Assembly (NCBI RefSeq): GCF_009834535.1
Contig: NC_045696.1
Location: 91,886,001 to 91,950,000 of the forward strand
From: Camelus ferus
Taxonomy: Eukaryota
Direction of reading: 5' to 3'
DNA length: 64,000 nucleotides
The notes beneath the pieces are model-generated. The model had not been told where the DNA came from, made no database searches, and saw only the letters and a list, made by a program, of their open reading frames with translations. Both the position numbers and the translations under genes were made by a program. This document shows positions 37,811-52,039 of this stretch, in pieces (the stretch's first letter is position 1; each line of letters begins with the position of its first letter).

Positions 37811-40800
37811 AGGGGGCTGGATTGGATGAACAAACCGGTTTGCGAGCAGCACACTGAAAATGACCTCTGTGAATCAATGTCTTATACTGTGCCCAGTAGG
37901 TAACAGAAAACCACTATAACACACCGAACTCAAATGTCGTTAAAATGTGCCTTTAATTTGTTCATATTACTTTGTTTAACGGGCAGTGCACACGGCTTGC
38001 ATATGCGTGCATGAGATTTAATTTATACATTCAAGTCTGGGGGCATGGTTTGGCAAGAGGAATAATTGTGAGTTCAGTAAAGAAAGTCAGGGTACAAACA
38101 GTGTGATTACTTAAAAGGACTAATGAAGTGGAAAAAAAATTCAGACCATAACACGAGGAAGCCATTACATTCATCTTTTCATGGTCTTGAACATCTTGTA
38201 CCAACTCAACTATAATACACAGCGGAAACTTCTAATTAGACACAGAAAACGCAAGTATTTAGCTGTACCAGGCAAACACTAAAAAAAAAAAAAAAAGTCT
38301 TATGTATAGACACATGATTAACATCCACAACATGAGAGAGAAGTATATCTTTAAAATTGTTTGTGTTTCAGTCATTTCCTTAATATCCATGTGACTCACT
38401 GGTAGGTATACCACTATGAAACATTAGGATTAATCACCATGGGAAGAAAAATTTCTGCTATGAATTTTAAGTATTATGAGAAAAAAATTTTAACAGATTA
38501 TAATGTTCATCTGATGCAAGTTCAGTAAGGAAATACGGTCTTGAGCCTAACTGCATCAAATGAATGTTTTGAAAGAAGGAATGAATGAGTGAATGAATGA
38601 ATTTGTAGGCAGTACTCCCTGATGGTTTAAGCTGTGAACTGAAGTGTCATGAGTGAGTCATGCAGCCCTGCCACTGACTCACGTGTGATCCTGGTATGAT
38701 GGATATAATGCTCACAGCATACCTACTTCGGAGGTGTGGGGAGGACTATTGGTTACTCACCAAAGGTGCTTTGAGATCTTTGGAGGAAGATGATACGTTC
38801 AAATATTATAATATACTACTATTATGGCAACCCAGATATAAAATTACAAAAGTATAACATAATGTTTAAATACAACTGTGCCACCAAGTTTTTTTTCATT
38901 TGTACTTAGTCTACTAAGTACTGAACTGTAGTGTGGGAGGCTGCATCCTTACATAAAATATTTGGCTTACAGACATTTCATTGTCGGTTGACAAATAGTT
39001 CATGATGTGCAGTGGAAGTTTTAAATAATTGGTATTAGAGTATTTGTGGTGATGGTATTTTATAAGAGAGCTGAGACCTCCGGCCTATGAAGTGCTTAGG
39101 AGAAAACTCATTTTTGGTGACTTTCTAATTTGATCTGTGGAATCTTGAAAGCAGGAGACCTTCTTGGTGTAATTTCCTGTTGCTCAGTGACTGAAAGTCT
39201 AGGATTAGAGATTTAGTCAACATACTAAGGGGCCTACTGTGTGTCAGGCATTGTTCTAGGTGTTTGGGATAGAGCAGTGGAAAGACAAAACTGACTGATT
39301 ACTTAATGTTTAAATGTTTTGGGCCTCTATTTAAATGCAGATCACCTTAGGAATAGTAATATGGTATATTCATCTTTGTGTGAATATAACACCTGCTCCT
39401 CGTCTCAGCTCTTAGAAGAGATTCCCTGAGAGGGAAAGGAAGTCACCAGAGTGGTAAGTGGCTTTAACTTGACTCACAAGGCAGATACCATACTTAATCA
39501 GTCTCTTCTATTTAGAAAATCTTAAGGCAGAACCACCCAATACTGCCCGTTTTCCGTTATTCTCCACATCAACATTGCCCTCATCTTTCTTAATGCCCTC
39601 TGCCATCATTGTCAGGCTCTGCATACCCTTTCTGCCCAGGCACCTACACCTGTGCAGTTTGTTGATTGAATAATGGTGCCTGGCAGAGGAGGTGGGTAGG
39701 CTTTGAACTCCAGCCCCTACCTCCACCTGCTAAGATAATATACTATCCACCTAAGGAAGGGGTGTCTTTTTTTTAAATTTGAATGAAGCACCATAGAATG
39801 CAGTGGCTGAAGGAGAAATGAGCTAACCCCTATCAGCACCCAAGATGTCCAGTTAATATCCAGATTGATGAAGACTAGCTGATGCTGTGTGAAATGTTCT
39901 GCAGCAAAAGGGAAACTCTGCTGGAGCAACAACCTGCCTTTTCCATTTTAGCAAACTGGAAGAACTGTCAACTCACTACAGGTTGCCTCAGGATTGCATT
40001 GCAACTAGAGAATGTGATACTGTCAGACAACATGGCTCAACCTTTTGGCTGAGCTCATTTGTAGGGTTTGATATTAGATGATTTGATATAGGATCTATGT
40101 CCTACTGAACCCTGGGGACAGTCTTGGTTGGTATGAAAGCCTTTTCCTTTTCCCATTGCTAACTTCTCTGTGGTCTGTTGACATTTAAATCGTATTGGGA
40201 ACAATGAGTGGTAGAGACTGCAGTCAAGATGTAGTGACCTGATTAGTCCAAACTCCTGCAGGGAAGACGTGCAAATAGATAAGCCCCAACAGGACCTGAA
40301 GAACCATGTGCTTTTGAAATCCTGGGTGGATGAGCCCCACCCTGCCTACACCTTAAATCTCCTGGTGCTTTGAAGGTATAATTATTGCCCAGCAACTCCT
40401 GGGACAGAGTTAATTAGATCTTTGTATGATTTAATTATAAGAAAATGAGAGTTTAAATGTAACTTACTAAAATGTGCAAATGTATGCATAATATAAATAT
40501 ATTTTTTAAACTTGGAATTAATTTCATTGAAGAGCATAAAAATGATCCATCTGCATTAACATCTTTTAAAATATAGTCTCTTTCTAATAATAGTTAAGCA
40601 GATAGTTTTGTAGCTTAACATACAGCCTAAAGTGAATGAGGTATATGAAGGAATATGATTACTCAGCACTACATAATTTATCAGCTTTCTTATCAAGTAA
40701 AGATTCCTGTGTTATTTCTTAATTATTATTATTATTATTATTTATAAAATTCTTTAGCAAGTATTGCTTTCAATTTTATGTAGTTTCAAAGTAGGGAAAC

Positions 40801-42596
40801 AAAGAGATTAAGTAATATATTCCATAAGCCTTATAGCTACCAAAGATAAGAATTAAAGCAATTGTGGAACTTTACACATAGAAGACACCTGGTAAATATA
40901 GTTTATTCCTGTAGACTGATTAACATAATTCCCTACCTCAGACAATAAATGTAGCATGCAATAGATTGTTTCCTGTTTGATGACAGAGACTGCTTCTTGT
41001 TGATATTTGCATTGCTAGTGCCACCCAACAGTGACGACTGAATGAATCAATTAATGAATGAGAGAGAAAACCCTAAGAACTTTAACGTCCAAGCACTTCA
41101 GTCTAATCCCTCGGCCCTTCCAGCTTCTCTCTTGCTCAGTGCCTTCCTAGATTATTGATGCCTTACGTGAGCAATCAGGAAAAAGGAAGCAATCCAGATG
41201 GGAGGCTAGCTGTGGTCAGATGCCTTGGAACTGAACAAAGTATTTGCAGATGTTTCAACAAGTGGAGGGGTTGGGCTGAGTCTCAGCCACAGGAAACAGC
41301 TTCACACCTTGGGGCTACTCCAATAAAGGTATCATCACTCACCAGCACAGGATTCTGTTGGAAACTTGAAAAGGCACTCGGAGTTGGAATGCTGCATGAA
41401 TCCAGACTTGCCTCAGGAATGCCACAAGTGATCAGAATGAAGTATGGAAATTAACATGATTTGTAAAAATAGCAGTAATGATCATGGTTATCTGGGAATC
41501 AGATCCTTTAATCACTTTAGACAGAACTAATGAAACTAGAAGCAACCATCATTGATTTTGAGAGTCTCCTTCTAAATTAGTTGGCCTTTGGCTTTTGGAG
41601 AGCAAAGTTCAAATTCCAGTTCCTGTCTAACAGGAAAATAAGTCAGACACAAAGTAGACAGATTGTCTTTTAGAATTCAGACTGAAATAGCGGGGCATAA
41701 AGAAGATCTGAGTCTTGAAGAACCTTTGTTTTTAAGAGTTGCTGAATTCATTCACCTACTGTGGTGTTTTTCACTGTGCCTTCTGAGGCTGATCACTTTA
41801 GATTTATAATATTTGTCTTTGTTGGCAAATCTGTTTAAATGTAAATAAGAAATTTTTTATTTTCTGATGGAAAAGTTCTAAATTCTACTATGTGCTGTGC
41901 ATGCGATTTCCGGAGCATGTTAACTTTCTATGTAATACATGATGGGGCATGTGATTATAGGTACCAATTGCTTGATAAGATTAATAGTAAGATACAGAAG
42001 CACCTTAAAAAGCTCAGGACTAGGCTCAGCCGTTTGTTGGCTATGTGCCCTGGTCATATTACTACCTGAGCCTGTTTTCTCATCTCTGGTATGGTAACAA
42101 CTGGAGAATGGTTTGGTTTTTGGCTCAGTGGGCAAGGAAAAGATTATTCTCTAAAACAACTGAGTGCTTGGCAGCATTGGATTTGTTCCATAAAGGCCTC
42201 AATTTATAAAGTGAGAACTAGTAGCAGAGCTGTGAACACTTGACTAATAGAGCTAAGCTTTGTCTTACCCCGACCCAATGAGTTTTTTGAAAAATTATAA
42301 GGAATAGACGAAAATACTGGAACTATTACTAGAATTGACAGGATATTTGGCGGTAGGGTGGGGCATTGTCGAGCAAAATTAACCATAAGATTATTAGAGA
42401 ATCATACTTATGTTGCTATTCTAAGTCAATTGCCCTTTCGGAATATTGGAATTCAGTATACAAAGACTAATCACCAATCGTGGCAGCAAATCCCTTTGTC
42501 TTTTTTTTAAATTAAAAAAAAAAATAGGTGTGTTATATTTGCTCCATCTCCCCAACTCCCTATTATAGAATTAGATCATTAGAGCAAAGAAGAAAT

Positions 42597-43763
42597 TTAA
42601 ATGTCATTATCTGACATACATCTCAAAAATTTTCTCCTAGCAGAAATACAAGCAAGAATAAACAAATGGGACCTAATGAAACTTACAAGCTTCTGCACAG
42701 CAAAGGAAACCATAAGTAAAACAAAAAGACAACCCACGGAATGGGAAAAAATTTTTGCAAATGAAACCGACAAAGGCTTGATCTCCAGAATATATAAGCA
42801 GCTCATATGACTCAAGAAGAAGAAAATAAACAACCCAATCCAAAAATGGGCAGAAGACCTAAACAAGCAATTCTCCAAGGAAGACATACAAATGATCAAT
42901 AGGCACATGAGAAAATGCTCAATATCACTAATTATCAGAGAAATGCAAATCAAAACTACAATGAAGGTATCACCTCACACCAGTCAGAATGGCCATCAGT
43001 CAAAAGTCCACAAATGACAAATGCTGGAGAGGCTGTGGAGAAAGGGGAACCCTCCTACACTGCTGGTGGGAATGCTGTTTGGTACAGCCACTGTGGAAAA
43101 CAGGTGGAGATTCCTCAAAAGACTAGGAATAGACTTACCATATGACCCAGGAATCCCACTCCTGGGCTTATTTCCAGAAGGAACCCTACTTCAGGATGAC
43201 ACCTGCACCCCAATGTTCATAGCAGCATTATTTACAATAGCCAAGACATGGAAACAGCCTAAATGTCCATCAACAGGTGACTAGATAGAGAAGATGTGGT
43301 ATATTTATACAATGGAATACTACTCAGCCATAAAAACCGACAACATAACGCCATTTGCAGCAACATGGATGCTCCTGGAGAATGTCATTCTAAATGAAGT
43401 AAGCCAGAAAGAAAATTACCATATGAGATTGCTCATACTGTGGAATCTAAACAAACAAACAAACAAAGCATAAATACAGAACAGAAATAGACTCATAGAC
43501 GTAGAATACAGACTTGTGGTTGCCAAGGGGGTGGGGGGTGGGAAGAGATAGACTGGGATTTCAAAATTGTAGAATAGATAAATAAGATTATACTGTATAG
43601 CACAGGGAAACATATACAAGATCTTATGGTAGCTCACAGAGAAAGGAATGTGACAATGAATATATGTATATTCATGTATAATTGAAAAATTGTGCTCTAC
43701 ACTGGAATTTGACACAACATTGTAAAATGATTATAAATCAATGAAAAATGTTAAAAAAAAAAA
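42597..43763 (+). mobile_element. Young 5'-truncated L1 (ORF2 C-terminus, 3' UTR, A-tail)
   Basis: Peptides [16 protein letters not shown] and LPYDPGIPLLG...CTPMFIAALFTIAKTWKQPKCPS. The 3' end matches 6242-6515. Confidence 0.95.
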
Positions 43764-43789
43764 TAGTAAGACTTCAAATCCAGAAGCCT

Positions 43790-43982
43790 GGAGTATCTCT
43801 CCATTTATTTAGATCTTCTTTAATTTTCTCATGTTTTATAGATTTCAATGTACAAGTCTTATATTTCTTTTGTTAATGTATTCGTAAGTATTTTATTCTC
43901 TGTGATGCTATTGTAAATTGAATCATTTTCTTAATTTCATTTTTGGATTTTTCATTGCTAGCATATGAAAATACAGTTGATA
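43790..43982 (-). mobile_element. Old L1 ORF2 fragment
   Basis: CTCCATTTATTTAGATCTTCTTTAATT...GATGCTATTGTAAAT...CATTGCTAGCATAT. Confidence 0.75.
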
Positions 43983-44051
43983 ATCTAATATTAAAAAAGA
44001 TCAAATTCCTCCTTTTATGGATGAGGAAACAAATTCAGAAAGGGTAATTTA

Positions 44052-44060
<9 letters not shown>

Positions 44061-44135
<75 letters not shown>
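44061..44135. repeat. Perfect (TTA)25 microsatellite
   Basis: Direct reading; it is the source of the poly-Tyr ORF. Confidence 0.97.
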
Positions 44136-44136
<1 letters not shown>

Positions 44137-47100
44137 AGGTGCTATGCAAGGCACCAGTCTTGGTTCTGGGCATTCAGCAGTGAACCAGAGAGATATGGTT
44201 TCTTGCCCTGAATCCTACAGTTAATGGAGGAGCTGAAACGTGAAATGAATATGTGGATTTCTAATTAAAAGAGCTTCCATTAATCGAGTACCGACTCTGG
44301 ACCAGGCCCTAAGTTTTTCACCTACATTAAGTCGTGAAGTCCTCGCTACCTTGTAATAAGGTGGAACATAACTTCCCACTCCTGACATCTCCTTCCATGG
44401 GGAGGGAGCTCCATTAATGTAATAATCTTGATTCCTCTCGAAGACACCTGAATTTGGAAAGAGGAACAGCTCGTGAGGAGCCCAGCGCCACCCCTCCTCC
44501 TTCCTTAGGACTGAGCTGCCTAAAGGAAATGTTTGTTCTTCTTGGTCTTCCAGGCCCAACGATGAACAGGGCAGAAGTAGGCCTTCTCAGGTCTTGTGCC
44601 TGGGGAGACAAGTCTCATACTGGGATTTTAAATGAGGATGCTCACTGTCAGATACCAGCTTTCTCATTAATAAAATCTCTGTATTGCATGCAAGAGAGAG
44701 GCATTTCATAAAAATAAGAGTAAGTAAGCAAGTGTATTCTGTCATATTTGAACCATCCCAAACCAGCCACGTTCTCTCCAGCATGCATTCCTGTGCTTCT
44801 CATTCTGACCCCACCTGCCTCAGCATCCAGGAAAGAGTGTCTTAAAATAGTATCAGTATAACCTTCAGGGATCGTGTGGCCGAGAAGCAGAGCAACTTGC
44901 ACAGTAGCCTGGACCTGTTGCAGATGGTGCATAAAATCCACCATCAAACCTTCTAAGCAGATTTGGCCCAATTGCCTCAATTTCTGAAACTGGGAAGGTT
45001 TGCAGTTGAGCTTTTGGGGAGGCAGAGTGGTAAAGATTTATAGATTTAGAGGACCTAGGTTTGAGCCTACCCTGGGTAAATCTCTCTAACTTTGATCCTC
45101 TGTTTCTTCCTCTATATAACAACACAGATTGCCTTACTGAGTTCACCTGGTTTGTTGAGGCCCAGAGAGGAAAATGGACGTATATGTGCTTTGTAAACTG
45201 TAAGGATCTATAAACATGTGAGTTGTTTTACAGGCTTAAAGGGCAGTCTTTTAAATAATAGTTCTCATTTTTACTCTGGATTTTAAGCTTGAATTTATAC
45301 AAAGGTGGTTGTATGATTAGCGATTGATAATGGACTGGATGGTTATTATTTAAAGGCTGAAAACCAGTCTACCAACTGAGCTCTCACCTCTTCCAAACAA
45401 TGTTAATTACTTATTTACTAATTAATGTAACTAAAAATAAAACCCTCTCTCCCATTGCTGTCTACATTTTTATCATTAGTCTTTTGCATTAGACAGTGCC
45501 TCTCTCAATGACTCCCTCTGAATTTTGTAAAATACTTTCCTGCCAGGAGGAAGCAACAGTATACATAATAACTGGAGTGGAGTTGAGGAAGGAGAAGAGA
45601 AAGACTGAAGGCAGGTGAAAGGCACAGAAAGAGTCTGGGCTATAAATTTCAACCAAAAGTACTGATAAGGAAACAGGAGGGAGCAGAAGGTCCCCAGGAG
45701 CAAGGGAACCTGGTTTCAAAGTGGCACCTTTAACACAGACTGTTTTAAGCCTGACTCTCTCTATCAAGCTACCAAGTCTCAACCTGCAAGTCAGAAGAAA
45801 TGGATTCCAGTCCTGCCTGTGTGACCATCTAGCTGTGTGATGTTGGGTATGTAACTTTGCCTCCTGAGGTCTCATTTTCATTATCTGTAAATTGAAAGTT
45901 TTAGACAATTATTCTCCAAAGCCATTTCCACAACAAATATTCTATAATTCTAGCAAAGAGTCCATAAATTTCCCCCTCTTTCAACATTTAACTCTTACCT
46001 TCCCCGGGGGAAAAAAATTGTCTTAGAAATGTAGTAAGAAGTAGGGGTATGTGTTTGTTTGTGTGTTTACAACAATGGTAAAGTTACATCAGAACAACAT
46101 CAGCCAGAGAGAAGCATTTCATAAAAAAAATAAAAACAATGAGTAGTTAAGCAATTGTACACTATCATATTTTTTACACTGTCATATTTGAACCATTTTT
46201 CTTATAAGCAAAGAAACTTCCCAGTAAGTTGTTCCATTATAGTTGTATTCAGACTTTGTTCACAATTCAATTTAAAAACCATTGAGTCTTACAAACCGTA
46301 TTTGAAATATTACAGGATACATACAGCATTTAAAGCAGGCCACCAGCCTAAAAGCATACATACAGTCTTCTTGACAATTGCTGTAAGTCACTAAGAGAGC
46401 AAGTGAATAAAATATATACAATAGTTGTTAAAGCCTCAAAATAATACCTTTTTCTCCTGAGTGTGGAGGACACTCCATCTTTTTGTGCATGCATGTAGTA
46501 ATTCTGCTCACTGCGTAAGTAGCCTTAAGCAGAAGAAATAACAGAAAGAGCTCAGCTGTATGACCTTGGGCGTTAAAAACAATACAGTTTGGGGAGGGGA
46601 ATTCACTGATTCAGTGTTAATCATTATGAGAATCTGGTGGAATCAAAGGCATTCCTGTGTCTTTCATATGCTTTAATAAGCTTAATTACTTTGGCATCTA
46701 TTAAATAAAATTCCATTCCCAGAACCAACAAAGAGATAGCAGTACTATTGTCATTTTTCTGGCTTATATAGATGAACTATCTCAATCATTTTTTCCTGTT
46801 AAACCTGACTAACTTCCAGAACTAAAGACTACAAGCATTATAGAAGGCTAGAGACAGGAGACCAGAGAAAATTAAGGAGTTTGGCGAGGGAAGATAGTAC
46901 GCAGGAAAGACCTTGGTCTTTAAACTGAGACTTGGGCTCAAATCCTGGCTCCAGTAAGTCTAAGCACTTAACCTTGCCAGGGTTGATTATTCTTATCTGT
47001 AAAATGGAGCTAATATCTACCTGTTGTGAGAAATTATATTTCATGCAAAACACCTAACAGGTACTCAGAACACAGCAGATGTTATCATTATTCTTTTGTT

Positions 47101-48017
47101 AATGATATCTCAGTAGGGCAAATAACTCTGTCCTCCCTGTTTTATTTGAAAGCATGTTTCTTCCAGGTCTTAAGTAGTCTTGAAATTACCTGAGAAAATA
47201 ATGATAGTCTTCAGAATATAATCTATCTTCTGACGTTAAGAAAGGAAAGGAGGAAGGGAGGGAAGGAGGCAGGGAGGGAGGACAGGAAGGGGGAAAAAGG
47301 AGGAGGAAGGAAAGGAGGAGAAAGATTAAAGAAAAACTATACAAAATCGAAAGAAGCAAATCCATAGGAAAAAAAAAAAGAGAAAGGAAAGAGGAGACCC
47401 AGATCTTCACACTGGCATTTAACCAGATTCAAGTGTTATTTAAGTCCCCTGAATGTTTTTTATGAAAATCCCAAGGCTTCTCTTGCTTGACTCACCCAAT
47501 TGTAATATTCCTTTGGGTTGAAATACCTTTTTCTTAGACTTTTTTCAGATTGTCAATTTCTACCCATCCTTCAAGAATCTCACTGAATCTCACTAGGGGT
47601 CCAACATACGTAAAGGACACATCTTGCTAGATGCTTTATTTGAATTATCTCATTTACAATGGATAGTAGCCTTGAAAGGTGGATAGTAAGGAGGCAATGA
47701 GAAATTAAGTCACCTAGCCAGAAAAAGAATCAAGCCACAGAGCCCATGGATCCAAGGGCTAAAAGATCAAAAACCTTCATTTTGTTCCCCTCTGTCACAA
47801 TGTGCATGTCTGTGATCCTCCCCGTCAGAATTCATGGGTCCTTCCTCCATTCTCCCTCAGCAGTTGGATTTTCTTTTTATAGTAGCAAATATTTTACTCT
47901 GTTTTGTGTTTATTTTCATTCTCTCTTCTGCCAGTTTTATTTCATTTATCAAACATTTGTTGAGCATCATTTATGGGTAAAATACTCTAAGTAGGCTAAA
48001 TTTTTGTTTTATTATCA

Positions 48018-48310
48018 CCTTTTTTTCTAATTGTGATAAAAAACCACATAACATAAAATTTGCCATCCTAACCATTTTTAAATGTACAGTTCAGTAGTGT
48101 TAACTGTATTCACATTGTTGTACAACTATAAATTATCATATTAATATCTATACTCCCCATAGTTTTGGGGGGGGCAAGTCTTTTGCTAGTAACATTACCA
48201 CAATAGCCTCTACATGTATCATTTTGAAAATGTGCAAGGATATCTGTCAGATAAATTTCTAGAGTTGGAATTACTGGGTCAAAGGTGTGCACATTTGTGG
48301 TTTTAGCAGA
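48018..48310 (-). mobile_element. L1 3' fragments
   Basis: ACATAACATAAAATTTGCCATCCTAACCATTTTTAAATGTACAGTTCAGT and AGAGTTGGAATTACTGGGTCAAAGG. Confidence 0.7.
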
Positions 48311-48741
48311 CGTTGGCTGGGGATTTTTATGTGGCTACTTCCCCTCCCCACTCCCTAGCAGCTGAGAATTGTTGCAGTGTAATGACAGATGTGACTTACT
48401 GACAATGGCAGTACTTGTTCCACATGTTAACAATATAGAAGCAGAAAAAATAGAATTATTACCCCCGCCCCCAGCTTGTTTTGGTCAGTATTTCAGATTT
48501 ATGAAACGGAGAATCCAATTGACCAGGCTGGTCCTATTCAACCAAGCCTCATCAAGGTCTCCCAGAGTCACTAGCCCAGGGTTATTTACCAGCCTTAGGT
48601 CACATGCTTGACTCAAATTCAGTCTTGTGGCTCACGGTCAGCCTGATGAGGCTGGGGCTGCCTCTCCAACAGGGGCTGTGGACAGAACAGGATCCCGTTG
48701 GAAGGAGCCTCGGCAGGCAAATACTGGGATTAGGATACCTA

Positions 48742-48860
48742 CAGGATGACTATAATCCCAGTTTTCTCAGGATGGCCCCAGGTTATCTCTGTTGTCCAGC
48801 ATCATTACCAGTAGTGCTCCCTTTCATGCTCAAAAATGTCCCAGTTTAGAGTATAGCTTA
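48742..48860. mobile_element. MER94-like hAT-Blackjack MITE
   Basis: GGATGACTATAATCCCAGTTT...CCCTTTCATGCTCAAAAATGTCCCAGTTT. Confidence 0.55.
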
Positions 48861-50639
48861 CAGATTCTGTGTAAGGTAGGGCAGTACTGTTCACACTGTG
48901 TTGTAAGGAGCTCTGGGGTTTGTGAAGATGTCTGGGGAGAGACTTTCAGAGGGAAAGGGAGAGGCCAAGCAGGTGGGATTTGGGCCCCACTGCCACTGTC
49001 TAATGTGACTAAGAAGAGTTTAAGCTTATAATAAATGAGCATATTTCTACCTAAAGTTCTCAAAACTTTTCAATCAGATGCACTTGTCCCCTGTGTACTA
49101 ACACATGTACACTATTGGGCATTTTCTCCACCAGAATAGATCCTCGAAAATCTCTTGAGCCAGGAATCCCTTGACCTCTACAGATATAATATCTACACTT
49201 GCTGCTCATCTGACAGTGCACATGGGGCCCGGCCATGAACTAATGGACCACTTGTGGGTTTAACAGGAGCTTTGTCAGCAGTACTTTCACCCTATGCGGA
49301 GTCAGAACATGGAGTCTGGTCTAGGTGAGAGAATGGGCAAGAATGACATTTTGAGTTCAGTTCAAAGATGCTGCACTTTGATTTACTTCCAGAGCAGCAT
49401 GTAAGCTGTGCAGAGGATAGACATGAGGTAAGGCAGATGCAGCTGTCTGTGGCTCCTTTGTTTTTCACAGAGATGTCATAAATTTGGTGGTCTTGGCAGC
49501 CTGGAGGGAGTGAGATGTCAGGGAGGTCAGGGGAGTCCAGAAGTGTGGTCTCACTATCTTTTATACCTCCAGACACATTAGCAACCAGAAACAACTTATG
49601 CTACCATATAAGGCAAAAACATAGTTACTCTGTAAGCTGCTTCATTCAGGCTAACGCCCAGATTCCAGACCTTGAAATGCTTGCCATGCCCAGCCTGGGG
49701 CAGTCTCCTTATCTACACCTGGGCGGCAGAGTGTAGGAGTTTTCCACTTACTTTGCAGGCAGGCGCGGCCTTGGTCTACCACAAACATACTTGGCCTTTA
49801 AGTTCTCAGACAAACTCCTGGCCTTCTCCTGAATTAACACAGGCTAAAGGACATCTGTGTTGATTCTGATCATGTCCGTGGGCCGGGCTTTCCATTTTGT
49901 TAATCACTTTGCCTCATCTCTAGCTGATTACTCTTGATTGCAAAAGCCCAGCTCTTCAATTGCTGTCTGATTCTCTTTGTCCTTCAGAACTATTCCTTCT
50001 GGGATACAACTCATCCCTTACACACATGCAACTCTCATCATTTTCTCCTCATTTGAAATGTTTATTCTCCCTACTTTTGTTTCCATCACAGCCATATGTG
50101 TCTTCTTACCAGCTCTTCCAACAATCTCACAGCCTTTGTACTTCCTGGACAAAAAGGAGTCAAGAGCATTCATAAAATACCCCCAAGTCAATGTACCAGC
50201 ACAGCGAATATGACCAGTGACTGAAAATGGCCACTGACAACTGGTAATGTCCTTAGTCTGTGCCACACAGGACGGATGACATTTTCCTGTGGAGCATAGT
50301 TTTGTTCAAATCTGTGTAAGTACATTGCCTTAAGGTTCTTAAAGTAGCTTCTTTTCTTCTTTCTCCCCGTTTTACTTCTTTCTTTCCCTTTATTGACCAA
50401 AGATGGTTTAAGACCATTTGTAAAGTCCAAAGAAGCTGATTATGGCTTAAATGACAGGAAGGGAGTGAGGAGAATGGCCAGTGAAAACAGGGAGGCTGCA
50501 AAAGTCAGAAGGAAAGAAGGGTGGAGCAGATCACTGCTAACTTGGGTCTCCTAGAGGCCCATAAAGTTAGAATTTAATTTGTATCAGTTTGCAAAAACAA
50601 ACACAGGTCTAGCTCCACCCTACCAGCCCCTCCCAACAG

Positions 50640-51006
50640 AGGAGGATTATATTATGGGAGGGATTATCCTAAGAGAAGATTATACTTTCCACACACCAAT
50701 ATTAGGTTTGGCTTTCTGACTTGCTTTGACTAATGAAATGTGAGTAGAAGGGACACATGACACTTCTAGCAGAGCTTTAAAGCCATTATGTGGGTCTACC
50801 ATTGCTTTTCTCTCTGTTGTAAAATGACCAGTGTGTCACAGGTAGGGATAACTCGTTCAGTCCAAGTCCTGAAATAAAGATGACATGGAACAGAACATGA
50901 TTTGGAAATTAAAATACATCCAGAAAACAACTTCCGTTGTTATAAACCACTCAAATAGCAGGGTCATGTGTTACTGCTGCCTAATTTAACTTGACCTGAC
51001 TGATAA
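50640..51006 (+). mobile_element. Old MaLR LTR (MLT1I/J-like)
   Basis: TGACTTGCTTTGACTAATGAAATGTGAGTAGAAG...TGTTATAAACCACT...TGTTACTGC...CCTGACTGATA. Confidence 0.7.
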
Positions 51007-51854
51007 AACCATTCATTACAGAAGGGAGAGAGAGCAGTAATAGGGATGTTTGGGAGGGGAAATAAAAGTCAAGGAGATTGAGGTACAACGAGACAGGAGA
51101 TTTAGGTGCCGGTCAGACATTGAGAAAACCTCCAAAGGGAACAATTCAGGCTCTGACGGGAAGATCCAGGATCGAAGAAACCAAATGGAACAAACCTGCA
51201 CAATGACTTTCCTTCAGGAGATCTGAGGAGGGGAAAAGGACACAATTCAGGATGCACTAAAGTGCAGAATGCTTAATTGTCTGTAGAGTAGAAATGAGAT
51301 ACAATACTTTAGGGATAGGACTAAGAGAAACTCCAAGCCTTTTCTTTCCTCTGGGCCACGTTTGACTGCCTGTGGTATAATTGAAAGCCCTAGATGGAAT
51401 TCTTAAGGAATCCCACACAAATCTCCATTAGGAAGGGTACCATTTTAGAGAGAGCATGGAAGCTGTAGCAGTTCAGTTCAAGCCTACTGCCTGGACCCAA
51501 GTCCTATGGTTAGACACAAACTATGGAGGATGCAGGGGTCCCAGGCCCTGGATTGGTGTACAGCTCACTGGGGAGGTGCTTTTGGGGCCAGTTTTCGACT
51601 TTCCTATATTCTTCATTTCATCTGGGTTTCAGATCCAATTGATCTCGAAAACCAGAATTCTTGTTTTCTCTCTGGAGCTGAGAGTTGTGTTTAGAGTTGG
51701 ACTTCCACCATAGGTTGAGGACTTTTGTACGCGATCCTCACTGTTGTATGCATTGTTAACATTGTTGCTGCTATGGATAACTCCTGCCTGTACCAGGTAC
51801 AGAGTATGAGGTCATAGTCGCACATACCGCCTAGGTCTCTGGGATGCAGGAGGG

Positions 51855-52039
51855 CAGTGGTTCGCTCCAAGTGTGCTTCTCAGAGCATCAGCATCACCTG
51901 GAAATGTGTTGGAATGCAAATTCTTGGGCCTCATCCAACACCTACTGAATTTAAGATTCTGGGAGCAGGGCGCAGCCATCTGTGCTTTAACAAGCCCTCC
52001 AGAGAATTCTGATTTGCACTTAGATTTGAGAACCACTGA
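51855..52039. mobile_element. MER5A-like hAT-Charlie MITE
   Basis: CAGTGGTTC...GAACCACTG termini; internal GCATCACCTGG, ACCTACTGAAT and TTTAACAAGCCCTCCAG. Confidence 0.85.

Noticed and set aside
36466..37852. Many overlapping ORFs up to 231 aa in the second CpG island
   Set aside because: Low-complexity Gly/Ala/Arg/Pro translations in all frames are expected in GC-rich DNA; many start at non-ATG codons and none resembles a known protein.
42240..42510. AT-rich stretch with several CpGs and a stop-free plus frame (GIDENTGTITRIDRIFGGRVG...), considered as a NUMT or viral insert
   Set aside because: No start codon or recognisable motif and no similarity I can name; a tBLASTx search would settle it.
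44017..44211. Poly-Tyr ORF (also the poly-Val ORF at 63353 and the FLSF ORFs at 62267-62630)
   Set aside because: Translations of simple repeats.
44484..44500. Possible CTCF site CAGCGCCACCCCTCC
   Set aside because: Matches only half of the motif.
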